Positions 1 to 8,453 of a DNA stretch of 64,000 nucleotides are shown piece after piece. Source of the DNA: Bdellovibrio sp. ZAP7 (GTDB lineage: Bacteria > Bdellovibrionota > FAC87 > UBA2466); the NCBI GenBank assembly GCA_945878405.1, contig CAMCTJ010000001.1, positions 70,304 through 134,303 of the forward strand, read 5' to 3'. Position 1 is the stretch's first letter, and the number at the start of each line of letters is the position of its first letter. The notes under the pieces are model-generated. The model made no database searches. It was not told the origin of the DNA and worked only from the letters and a program-made list of their open reading frames with translations. A program made the translations under genes and the position numbers.

Positions 1-147
1 GTCAATGCATACCTCTTGGGACCTGGTAGCCACATGTGGAAGTCTGAGCCTGAGCGTTTCACGGGTCGCATTGAGTGTGCCGGCCTTTATTGGCATTTTG
101 TAGATTTGGTCTGGATTTTCTTATTTCCGATTCTTTATCTTCTGTAA
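1..147 (+). CDS. cytochrome c oxidase subunit III, 3' end (partial, runs off window start)
   Basis: Frame 1 reads ...[36 protein letters not shown] is the COX3 C-terminal signature; not in the ORF track. Confidence 0.93.
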   Translation, partial: VNAYLLGPGSHMWKSEPERFTGRIECAGLYWHFVDLVWIFLFPILYLL

Positions 148-159
148 GGAGAAGCACCC

Positions 160-480
160 ATGGCATCAGAACACATGTCCGTTGAGGAAGTGAAGAAACA
201 CATTAAGGTTTACTGGATGATTTTTGGCAGTCTGCTTGTGTTGACGGCAGTAACTGTGGGGATTTCCTACATCCACTTGTCCTTCACCTTTGCAGTGATA
301 TTAGCTCTCGTGGTTGCATCCACGAAGGCATCGTTGGTAGCTCTATACTTCATGCATTTGATCTCCGAAAAGACCGCTATTTATTTAACCTTGGCGCTTA
401 CAGCAGTTTTATTCGTGATCTTAATCGTAGTTCCTTGGATGATTCCCATGGGTGCGATGAGGAGTTGGCTTGTCTCTTAA
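160..480 (+). CDS. cytochrome c oxidase subunit IV family protein
   Basis: Three hydrophobic helices, KA.LV..YFMHL motif, AAGGAG SD, follows COX3. Confidence 0.88.
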   Translation: MASEHMSVEEVKKHIKVYWMIFGSLLVLTAVTVGISYIHLSFTFAVILALVVASTKASLVALYFMHLISEKTAIYLTLALTAVLFVILIVVPWMIPMGAMRSWLVS

Positions 481-880
481 GGTTGTTCATCTCTTTTTGA
501 TCCTGTGCTCAATTTTTCTCTCGGGATTTTTTGGAGTCTGGTCGCTTCAAAACTATACTTGGGATACGGATCCGTTACTGGTTTCTTTGGGATACTTGTC
601 CCTATCTGGAACAGGTGGCTTAGTTTTTTATCTTTTTTACTTTTTGAAGAAAACCAAAGGGTTTGGACTTCTCAGTTTGGTGTTGCTTGCTTCCGTTATT
701 CAGACCCAATCGGCCTGGGCTTGTGCTGTTTGCCAATTCGGCACTCCTGATTCTCCTCTTGTGCGAGCTATTAGAGAGGGAATTTGGGTTCTGTTATTTT
801 TGCTGGTTCCGGTTCTTGCCGGCTTTTTAGGCCTTTTTATTTTCTGGGCTAAAAGAGATAAAAAAATCTCCTCACTGTAA
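470..880 (+). CDS. small membrane protein of the oxidase cluster with ACAVC motif
   Basis: TTG start with GAGGAG SD, overlaps subunit IV; four hydrophobic segments; AWACAVCQFG.PDSP. Confidence 0.65.
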   Translation: MSLKVVHLFLILCSIFLSGFFGVWSLQNYTWDTDPLLVSLGYLSLSGTGGLVFYLFYFLKKTKGFGLLSLVLLASVIQTQSAWACAVCQFGTPDSPLVRAIREGIWVLLFLLVPVLAGFLGLFIFWAKRDKKISSL

Positions 881-2008
881 CGTCACTTTAATCAGCTGGC
901 GATTCTCACTCTCATAAGATCCTTTTAACTTCGCAAGCACCAACAATGTTTTTCCATCACTGGAAAGCGCCAAGTGATGTTGATGAACGGGCCCGATGAT
1001 TTGATCCCGAAGGGGATGAAGGATAACGGGTTCACCATTCTCAAACGTGCGGGGATAAATCAGACTTAGCCCCTCTTCTTCACTCCAAACAGCAAGAGTT
1101 GTCTGACGAGGATTTAAAACCATGGGGATTCTTTGTCCAAAATTGTAAAAACGACAGCCATAAATACCGTCGTCCCATAAAAGATTCTTTTCAGGATGAT
1201 CTGTTCTTACAACGAACATGTTTTGATTTCCCGCCATAAGTTCCGGAAACTGGTAAACCTCTTTCACATTTCCAGGAATCAGAGTTGAATACTGGCCCGA
1301 TTGATAAAGCTTGCAAACAGGTAAACCGGCTAGTTCGCCTTCGATTTGGATATTAAAGTACGTCAACCGAGTGCATTGGTTTTCCTTCTTAACTCGATAG
1401 AGAAAAACGTTGGGATAGGAATGGCCTTCTCCAAGATGAAATACCTCTCCAACACTCGAGTAAAGGTTACAAATATGCGGCTTGACCCCTTTCTGACCAA
1501 AGGAATAGACCTCAATCTGTTGTTGGTTCGGCCGAACGATTGAAGAAGTGACGCTAAAAAGAGAATCTCGACCGAAAAATCGGTGCCAATAAAGATGCTT
1601 CACTCTTTTTTTAAGAGACCATTTCTGCCATCGCGGAGGATTCGTGCCGGTATCAAGTGCGATGGGAGAGCCGGCAAGAGTGACATACCGTTCGTCAGGA
1701 TCCTTCACTTTTGAGAGTGAAACAGAACTGGAACCCAACAGGAAACTTTTTCCACTCTTGAGATCCAACCGAAAGATTTTTCCTAATTGATTCCGATAAA
1801 CGATCTGATTTTTTCTTTCCCAAAAGATAAATTCATGAACGGTTCCTTTCACATCAAAGACATTAACGCCCATGTTTTGAATTTTGGTAATATCTGTCAA
1901 AGGATTGGGACCATCTCCGCCCAAACACTTAATTGAACCAATCTCAGCGGCGTTGATTTGAGCAACTAAACAACAAAAAAGACCTATAGCGAACTTCAGG
2001 TTTCTCAT
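872..2008 (-). CDS. secreted hypothetical protein, predicted beta-rich (propeller-like); paralog of 3099-4175
   Basis: N-terminal signal peptide; ATGA overlap with upstream gene; shares GxDGPxP and G(E/A)GH motifs with paralog. Confidence 0.75.
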   Translation of the reverse strand: MRNLKFAIGLFCCLVAQINAAEIGSIKCLGGDGPNPLTDITKIQNMGVNVFDVKGTVHEFIFWERKNQIVYRNQLGKIFRLDLKSGKSFLLGSSSVSLSKVKDPDERYVTLAGSPIALDTGTNPPRWQKWSLKKRVKHLYWHRFFGRDSLFSVTSSIVRPNQQQIEVYSFGQKGVKPHICNLYSSVGEVFHLGEGHSYPNVFLYRVKKENQCTRLTYFNIQIEGELAGLPVCKLYQSGQYSTLIPGNVKEVYQFPELMAGNQNMFVVRTDHPEKNLLWDDGIYGCRFYNFGQRIPMVLNPRQTTLAVWSEEEGLSLIYPRTFENGEPVILHPLRDQIIGPVHQHHLALSSDGKTLLVLAKLKGSYESENRQLIKVTLQ

Positions 2009-3078
2009 ACTTCTCCCTCGCGAATCGTAACTTTAGGAACTAGGCGATACCCGCCCTCTTCAAAAGAAATTGGGTCCGAATCAAAATCTAGCTCTAACAG
2101 TATTTTTCTTAAGCAATGAATCTGATAATGCAACCTGCCATCGTCAGATGCAGGTTCATATTCTTTTTTAAAAATCTTTTTGGCTAATTGTGATTTGTCG
2201 ATCCACTCTTTTTTCGTAAAGACCTCAAATATTTTTGCGGGGATGGTTTGATAGCTAAGTTCAATCCTTTTATCGTTACAGAAAACTGTCCATCCTTGTA
2301 TCCCGTTTTCACAAAAAAGTTCTGGAGTAATCGGCGTTGTATTTAATTTCTTTTCCAGAGCTGAGATTTGGGCCTTTAATGTTTTAAAGGGGCTTTTGTC
2401 GACAATCGCTTTTGTTTCAACCAAGAGTTTTTCAGCTTGTTCTTTATCTCCACGAAGTAGGTAAAGCCCGCCCAGAATGATTTTCCCGGAAAAATAGGCA
2501 TACCAATCTAGAATGGGGTCCACCCCTTCGAAAAACTTTGTTATTTTCCTTTCAGCTAGTTCGAGTTTACCCTCGTCTCGTAGCATTTTTATGCGCCACA
2601 ATTCCAAATTAAGTTGTGTGGGTCGATCTTTTGAATCCACGATAGAGTCGATTATTCTTCGACAGGCATCTACGCTATCCCCTTCGCAATCGTAGCAGTA
2701 GGCGAGCAACATTTTGGCCTTCGTGTGCAGGTACCCTGAGTCTGGGTTGGCAATAACCTTTGTTAGAATCTCTTTCGCATAAGTCAGATTTCTTTTACTG
2801 CCTAGAATCGAGACTTCGGCTAGTTGATAATAAAGCTCATCCGTTTGCCATTTTAATGAAAGGGTCTCGATCTGGTTGAGGTAAAAGTTGAGTTCTCGTT
2901 CTTTTCCTAACTCTAATAGACAGCGAATAAAGTAACTTAAATAAAGCGCATGTTCTGGCTGAGGCGAAAAAGGAAGACGATCAAAGAACCGACGGAAGAT
3001 TGCATAAGCGTCATGGAGCTTCCATGAAAAGAATAACTCCTTCGCTTTGTCTAGGTCCTTTGTATGCTTCTCAAGCAT
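2005..3078 (-). CDS. helical-repeat (TPR-like) protein with C-terminal OmpR-type winged helix
   Basis: C-terminus KSQLAKKIF...DDGRLHYQIHCLRKIL...EEGGYRL fits Trans_reg_C pattern; helical N-terminus. Confidence 0.75.
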   Translation of the reverse strand: MLEKHTKDLDKAKELFFSWKLHDAYAIFRRFFDRLPFSPQPEHALYLSYFIRCLLELGKERELNFYLNQIETLSLKWQTDELYYQLAEVSILGSKRNLTYAKEILTKVIANPDSGYLHTKAKMLLAYCYDCEGDSVDACRRIIDSIVDSKDRPTQLNLELWRIKMLRDEGKLELAERKITKFFEGVDPILDWYAYFSGKIILGGLYLLRGDKEQAEKLLVETKAIVDKSPFKTLKAQISALEKKLNTTPITPELFCENGIQGWTVFCNDKRIELSYQTIPAKIFEVFTKKEWIDKSQLAKKIFKKEYEPASDDGRLHYQIHCLRKILLELDFDSDPISFEEGGYRLVPKVTIREGEV

Positions 3079-3098
3079 CTTGTCGTTAACTGTGTTTT

Positions 3099-4175
3099 CT
3101 ATCTGTTTAATCCCTTTAAACTAACCGTGTGGAGCGCGCGGCCTCCCGACTTATCTCTTCGCTCTTTGGTGCTAATAAAAAGTCGTTCTGCTTCTGAATC
3201 GACCCAAATTTGATTTCCTTCGAGAAATCCTCTATCGACTGAGAGTTCCAGGGTGAAATACCGACCGGTCAGCAGCGAATAAACACCAACTCCTTTTTGT
3301 CGATTAATATTAATTACAAGTGGACTTTTATGGTTGGGAATATAGGAAAGCCCTGCAGGTAAATTTGCGACTAAAAAGGCGCCTGGCTTACCAAAATACA
3401 TATTGGTTGTTTCATGATCCGTTAAAACTGCTAACTCTTGCCCGCCAAATGCCCAGTTAACCGAAGTTACATTCCCTTTTACTAATTCGGGCTCTTTAGA
3501 TTGAACTTCAATCTGGCACTGACCATTTCGCATTCTGAGGTCTAGTGTATAAAAGTTTAACTCGGCACCTCCCTCAATACTCTTTTCACTGTAGAGCAAT
3601 AGGTGCGAGGCTAGGTGGCCAGCACCGAACTTGAGATTCTTGGGATTGTCGTTAGGAACAAAATCACAAGTTTTATGTCGAATCTGATTCTTTTCTTGGT
3701 CGTAAATAAAATAGGATATCCGCCAGGCTTCACTATTAAGCCGTTCTAATTTCTTAAGTAGGTACAGTTCATTTTGATCCCAGTAAAGAAATCGAACAGA
3801 ACCTGGTAAACGGATCTCCTGCCCCTTATTTTTACCCACCACTCTGAAAATATTCTTTAAGTCGGAAGAGAGAACCATTTTTCCATCGGCACCAGAAATG
3901 GGGAAGAGTTCATTAATGAATCCTCCAAATTGTTGCTCCTCGCTGTTATTAAAATCGTAAACACGCAGCTTTAATCTTGAATCAACATACGCCAGTTTGT
4001 TCCTTCCCTCTAAAACTGAATAGGAGGTAATCATTCCCTGGAGAGGGATAGTGACTTTTCTAGGTGCGGGAATTCGAGAGAAAGGAGTAGGTCCGTCACT
4101 CCCAATGATTTCAAAAGCAATTAAACCTTTAGATAAACCTAATAAAATAAACGCCCAGAAAAAAATAGATCTCAT
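3099..4175 (-). CDS. secreted hypothetical protein, predicted beta-rich; paralog of 872-2008
   Basis: Start moved to ATG 4175 (MRSIFFWAFILLGL signal peptide, GGGGAGG SD, ATGA overlap with upstream stop). Confidence 0.75.
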   Translation of the reverse strand: MRSIFFWAFILLGLSKGLIAFEIIGSDGPTPFSRIPAPRKVTIPLQGMITSYSVLEGRNKLAYVDSRLKLRVYDFNNSEEQQFGGFINELFPISGADGKMVLSSDLKNIFRVVGKNKGQEIRLPGSVRFLYWDQNELYLLKKLERLNSEAWRISYFIYDQEKNQIRHKTCDFVPNDNPKNLKFGAGHLASHLLLYSEKSIEGGAELNFYTLDLRMRNGQCQIEVQSKEPELVKGNVTSVNWAFGGQELAVLTDHETTNMYFGKPGAFLVANLPAGLSYIPNHKSPLVININRQKGVGVYSLLTGRYFTLELSVDRGFLEGNQIWVDSEAERLFISTKERRDKSGGRALHTVSLKGLNR

Positions 4176-5251
4176 GAAATATCCTCCCCCACTTCGGACA
4201 CTTCGGGAACCCATCGATACCCAAATGATTCCTTGGTTACAAGTTTTTGCGAGAATCCCAATTTGAGAAGGTGTTTTTTGAGAAGATGCAGCTGACCATA
4301 AATTAACTTATCGTCTTTCTTAGACCGGTAATTTCTGCGATATAATCGCTGTATGATTTCCTGCTTCGGAAGAACCTTTTCGCGAATGAGGGAAAGAAGC
4401 AATTTCTGCCAAGGCTTATCCCCGTTGAGCTGTAAAATTCTATCTTCATATTTCAGAACGCTCGAGGTTCTGGTGCGCTCCCAAATTAAAGGAACAGAAT
4501 GATTATGTCCCTTGATTTGGTCCGCTAAGTGATCGATCTGCCTCTTGATAGTTCTTAGTGGATATCGGTCACAATAAGCTCTTACTTCCTTGATAATAGA
4601 AAGCAATCTATCAAATCGCTCTTGGCGCAGGTACACGCCCCCCAAAATTACTTGGCACGATAGATAAGCATGCCAATGAAAATGAGCTTTGACAGTAGCC
4701 AGGAAAGTTCCCAGTGCTCGCTCTGCATCTTCAATCTGACCCGAATCTCTCAATATTTTGGCTTTCCACACGGAAACCAAATCGACTAGATAGGGATCTA
4801 ATCCATCCAAATTGATGGATGAGATGATCGAGTCACAAACCTTCCAATCTCTCGAAATGATGTCGTGACAGGTGGCTAACCCCATCTTAGTTCGTGCCAA
4901 CAGATTGACATCCTGACTCTTAAATAAAATTCTTTCAAAGGTCTCTCGAGCCAATTCAAGATCGCCCGATTCCTGAGTTAAATAAGAAAGCCCCACTTGA
5001 TAATCTAGTTCGGGAGTTCGTTTTTTTTCTGGAACAGTCACGAGCTTTTGTCGGTAACTTTTTAAATCTTCATCTTTGCCCAACTCATAGAGAGTCCGTA
5101 TGAACATTGAAAAGAATTCTACAAGTTCACAACTTTCCTCAATGCTCATGGAATCAAATGTTTGTTTGAAGAGCGGATACGCTCCTTCCAGTCTGAGCTC
5201 ATAATATAAGGAGCGAGCTTTCATTAAATGGGAGGGGATTTGGTAATTCAT
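4172..5251 (-). CDS. helical-repeat (TPR-like) protein with C-terminal OmpR-type winged helix; paralog of 2005-3078
   Basis: Start moved to ATG 5251 by alignment with paralog; KQEIIQRLY...DDKLIYGQLHLLKKHL...SFGYRW. Confidence 0.75.
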   Translation of the reverse strand: MNYQIPSHLMKARSLYYELRLEGAYPLFKQTFDSMSIEESCELVEFFSMFIRTLYELGKDEDLKSYRQKLVTVPEKKRTPELDYQVGLSYLTQESGDLELARETFERILFKSQDVNLLARTKMGLATCHDIISRDWKVCDSIISSINLDGLDPYLVDLVSVWKAKILRDSGQIEDAERALGTFLATVKAHFHWHAYLSCQVILGGVYLRQERFDRLLSIIKEVRAYCDRYPLRTIKRQIDHLADQIKGHNHSVPLIWERTRTSSVLKYEDRILQLNGDKPWQKLLLSLIREKVLPKQEIIQRLYRRNYRSKKDDKLIYGQLHLLKKHLLKLGFSQKLVTKESFGYRWVPEVSEVGEDIS

Positions 5252-5416
5252 TTTGGGGAAAAGTACCACATTCACAGGGTAGGTGTAAAAAACGTTTGGA
5301 GGGGTGGCGCGTCGCACCAACAACCCGCAAAGGGATTGACTCAGTCAGCCTAGATTGAGCTTCGCAGCAAGTGCGATCATATTGAGGTAGTTTCCTCATT
5401 CTCTCACTCTGCACTC

Positions 5417-6052
5417 ATGAACATACTTTCACACCGAGGACTCTGGAAAGAGCCTCACAACCAAAACCAACTGTCGTCTTTTGCGACGAGTCAGGTCGAG
5501 GGATTCGGAACTGAAACCGATCTGCGTTCTTACTCCGGAGAACTGTATCTTTCTCATGATCCGATTGGTTCTCCCTCCGGGAAGCTCAAATTTGAAGATT
5601 TATTAACCCTCTGGGTCAAGCGCCCTGAATTGCCTCTTTTTCTCAATATCAAAGAAGATGGCCTTCTTCCGTTCCTAAAACCGTATCAACCCTTATTAGA
5701 GAAGCTGAGAGTGGTTTTTTTCGACATGAGTGTTCCCCAGCTCGTTCAGTTTTCAAAAGTTTTTCCCAGAGAAATGTTAGCTACTCGTTTTTCCGAATAT
5801 GAACGAGAGCCATCAGCTCAAGATCTTTGCAACTGGCTTTGGGTAGATAGCTTTAATTCAGATCCAGAACTCGATGTCTTAAGGCCGTTTGTGAGTGAAA
5901 AGAAAATGTCGCTCGCGATTGTTTCGCCCGATCTTCACGGTCGCGATCCGAAACCTATTTGGAGAAGGCTCAGAACTGAAAGAGCATTCCCCAACGACTC
6001 CCTCTATCTCTGTACAGACGCACCCCACGAATTTTCAAAGGAATCAGTATGA
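5417..6052 (+). CDS. glycerophosphodiester phosphodiesterase / PI-PLC-like protein
   Basis: SHRG, ETDLR, SHDP, NIKEDG, FFDMSVP, VSPDLHGR, LCTD motifs. Confidence 0.75.
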   Translation: MNILSHRGLWKEPHNQNQLSSFATSQVEGFGTETDLRSYSGELYLSHDPIGSPSGKLKFEDLLTLWVKRPELPLFLNIKEDGLLPFLKPYQPLLEKLRVVFFDMSVPQLVQFSKVFPREMLATRFSEYEREPSAQDLCNWLWVDSFNSDPELDVLRPFVSEKKMSLAIVSPDLHGRDPKPIWRRLRTERAFPNDSLYLCTDAPHEFSKESV

Positions 6053-7440
6053 TCAAAGCCGTTATTTTTGACTTAGATGGCGTTCTTGTTGATGCGGTCA
6101 CTTTGCACTATCAAGCATTTAGTCGAGCCATAAACTTGTTTGGCTTTGAAGTTCCTCCGGCAATTCATGGTTTTAACTATAATGGGTTACCCACGACGGT
6201 AAAACTGGAGATGCTCTCTCAGTTTTCCGCTCTTCCGAGAGGGTTACATGCCTTCATCAATGAAATGAAACAGGTTTACACTCAGGAACTCTTGAACCAA
6301 AAATTAAAGCCCTCCCTAATCCAAATCAATTTACTAAAAACACTTCGCGATCGAGGAATGAAGTTGGCCGTAGCTTCGAATTGCACCCGAAGCACCGTCG
6401 ACCTGGTTTTAGAAAAACTTCAGATCCGACCATTTTTTGATGTCATTCTCTCCAAAGACGATGTCAGCAAATCTAAACCTGATCCTGAAATGTATTTGAA
6501 ATGCTTTAAACAACTCGGAATAAATGGAGATGAAGCTCTCATTTTGGAGGATTCTCGACCCGGTGTTATAGCGGCACAGAAGGCTACTTCAAACGTGTCC
6601 ATTGTAAAAAGTCCCACCGAAGTTAATCTCTCTTATTTAAATTCTCAAATAGCGAAATTTAGAGACCAGACCTATTTAGATTCGCGAACAGTTGAAATTG
6701 TAATTCCGATGGCAGGTTTGGGCTCTCGCTTTTCGGATGTGGGATATGTGGATCCCAAGCCCCTCATTAAAGTAAATGGCAAACCCATGATCCAATGGGT
6801 CATCGAGAATCTGAGTTCGCAGAATTATCGAACCCACTTCAACTTCATTGTTAATCGAACTCATTTGGAAAACTTTGATTTAGAACGGCGCCTTACCGAA
6901 CTTGCACCGGGCTGTCAGATTATTTCTGTGCCTCAGAAGACGGAAGGAGCGGCCTGTACGGTACTTTTGGCACTCGATCGAATTGCTCTGGACAGACCAC
7001 TCATCATTGCCAATTCGGATCAGTTCGTCGAAAGCTCTTTCGAGGAATTTCTGAAGACGGGTTTAGAATCAGATAGAGACGGATTGATCATGACGTTCCC
7101 AGCAAAAGAGACCAAGTGGAGTTATGCCCGTATAGATGAGCAAGGGTTAGTGGTTGAAGTGGCTGAGAAAAAACCCATTAGTTCTCATGCGACAGTCGGA
7201 ATTTACTATTTTAAAACGGGAGAACTTTTCCAAAGAGCGAGTTATTCAATGATTCGCTCGAACATGAGAACTAACAATGAGTTTTACGTGTGCCCTGTCT
7301 ATAATGAACTTATTCAGGCGGGTGGCAAAGTAAGCATTTTTCCCATTCCCGCAGAAGCCATGCATGGCCTGGGGACCCCGGAAGATCTAGACATTTTTCT
7401 CCAGCGTTCAGTTAAACACTCTCAGCCTCTGGCTGCGTAA
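6049..7440 (+). CDS. HAD phosphatase fused to sugar-phosphate nucleotidyltransferase (GT-A fold)
   Basis: N-terminal FDLDGVL, SKPDP, EDS; C-terminal IPMAGLGSRF, PKPLI, EKKPIS, EFYVCPVYN, LGTPEDL. Confidence 0.88.
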   Translation: MIKAVIFDLDGVLVDAVTLHYQAFSRAINLFGFEVPPAIHGFNYNGLPTTVKLEMLSQFSALPRGLHAFINEMKQVYTQELLNQKLKPSLIQINLLKTLRDRGMKLAVASNCTRSTVDLVLEKLQIRPFFDVILSKDDVSKSKPDPEMYLKCFKQLGINGDEALILEDSRPGVIAAQKATSNVSIVKSPTEVNLSYLNSQIAKFRDQTYLDSRTVEIVIPMAGLGSRFSDVGYVDPKPLIKVNGKPMIQWVIENLSSQNYRTHFNFIVNRTHLENFDLERRLTELAPGCQIISVPQKTEGAACTVLLALDRIALDRPLIIANSDQFVESSFEEFLKTGLESDRDGLIMTFPAKETKWSYARIDEQGLVVEVAEKKPISSHATVGIYYFKTGELFQRASYSMIRSNMRTNNEFYVCPVYNELIQAGGKVSIFPIPAEAMHGLGTPEDLDIFLQRSVKHSQPLAA

Positions 7441-8092
7441 CTAACTCGGCAAGCGCATTAGCTATCTCGGCTTTGGTCCTTAATTTCTGAACCTGTCCCT
7501 TTTTGGTAACTATCCAGAGCGGGTGACTTCCCTTTTTTATTTGGGGAAGAAAATTCACACAGACCGCATGGTGTTTTTTTCTCGCTAAAAGGTCGTGTGC
7601 AAATTCTAAAAGTTCCTTTCGATTTTTTCGCTCCCATTCCAACTTGAAGCCAATTCTTTTTATTCGGGGGTAGCTCTGGCCCACTCGATCAATGATTTTC
7701 GGGGTCGGAACTAATTCAATTTTCCATTTTTTGTTTTGTGAGCTGACTTTACCCGAGATTACTTTCTGCGGTTTAAAATCCAAAACAGCAGCGGCAAAAA
7801 TTGCGTAATCCGGTTTGTAGGCGCGACAGAGCTTCAAAGTGGCATCAGCCATTTCATCTGCTGTTTCCACCTCTACCAGCTTTTTGAATGAAAGTTTTGA
7901 AAAGGGTTGTTGAGTCGGACCTACCACTGCAAAAAGCTCAATTCCTTTTTTGGTAAGTGCTTGGGATAAGCAAAAACCTAATTCTCCCGTCGAGTAATTG
8001 CTCAGGTATCTGACGCTATCAAGATACGCTCGAGTCGGCCCTGCCGTGAGAACTACGCGGATCGGGCGTTTTTTCTTAGGTTTTTGTTTCAA
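7412..8092 (-). CDS. coaB: phosphopantothenate-cysteine ligase (stand-alone CoaB domain)
   Basis: TAGPTRAYLDSVRYLSNYSTGELG, AAAVLDF, GFKLE; start uncertain (TTG 8092 chosen; track gives 8143). Confidence 0.82.
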   Translation of the reverse strand: MKQKPKKKRPIRVVLTAGPTRAYLDSVRYLSNYSTGELGFCLSQALTKKGIELFAVVGPTQQPFSKLSFKKLVEVETADEMADATLKLCRAYKPDYAIFAAAVLDFKPQKVISGKVSSQNKKWKIELVPTPKIIDRVGQSYPRIKRIGFKLEWERKNRKELLEFAHDLLARKKHHAVCVNFLPQIKKGSHPLWIVTKKGQVQKLRTKAEIANALAELVTQPEAESV

Positions 8093-8284
8093 AACTTTAC
8101 CCTTTCTCGTCAAAAAGATGACTCTGTCCGTTGGAATAAACAAACGAGCGCGTTGCGTTAATTTGTTTCTGCTTCACTCTGAGAACTAACAAAAAGCATT
8201 TTAAAAACAAAGTGTTTTAAAGTTCCACTCAAATCACAGTGCAGCGCAACACAAAAACACGACGCAACATGTTGTTTTTTTTAC

Positions 8285-8311
8285 TAAACTTATATTCTCG
8301 GGCGTCGAAGA
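8285..8311 (+). promoter_or_regulatory. putative sigma28 (FliA) promoter of flagellin
   Basis: TAAA-N15-GTCGAAGA vs consensus TAAA-N15-GCCGATAA. Confidence 0.6.
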
Positions 8312-8364
8312 AGTGTTTGGCAGACGGAAAATTTTTAGAGAATAACTCTCTAGCTGTCGGCCCA

Positions 8365-8427
8365 CTCTGCAAGGAAGTAGCAGAGCGCTCTTAAGAAATA
8401 AAAGAGCGATTCACAAGGAAGGAGGTG
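8365..8427 (+). promoter_or_regulatory. putative CsrA-binding hairpins in flagellin 5' UTR
   Basis: CTCTGC-AAGGAAGTA-GCAGAG and CAC-AAGGAAGGAG-GTG: AGGA in hairpin loops. Confidence 0.6.
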
Positions 8428-8453
8428 CAATTAGGTAAAAGGGGGTTACTCCC

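Noticed and set aside
5323..5400. Short hairpins (TGACTCAGTCA, TCGCA/TGCGA, TGAGG/CCTCA) in the divergent intergenic region as a riboswitch
   Set aside because: Stems are 4-5 bp and match no aptamer consensus I recognise.
8318..8453. c-di-GMP riboswitch in the flagellin leader
   Set aside because: Lacks the GGCAAA / GNRA tetraloop-receptor pattern; GGA-loop hairpins explain it better.
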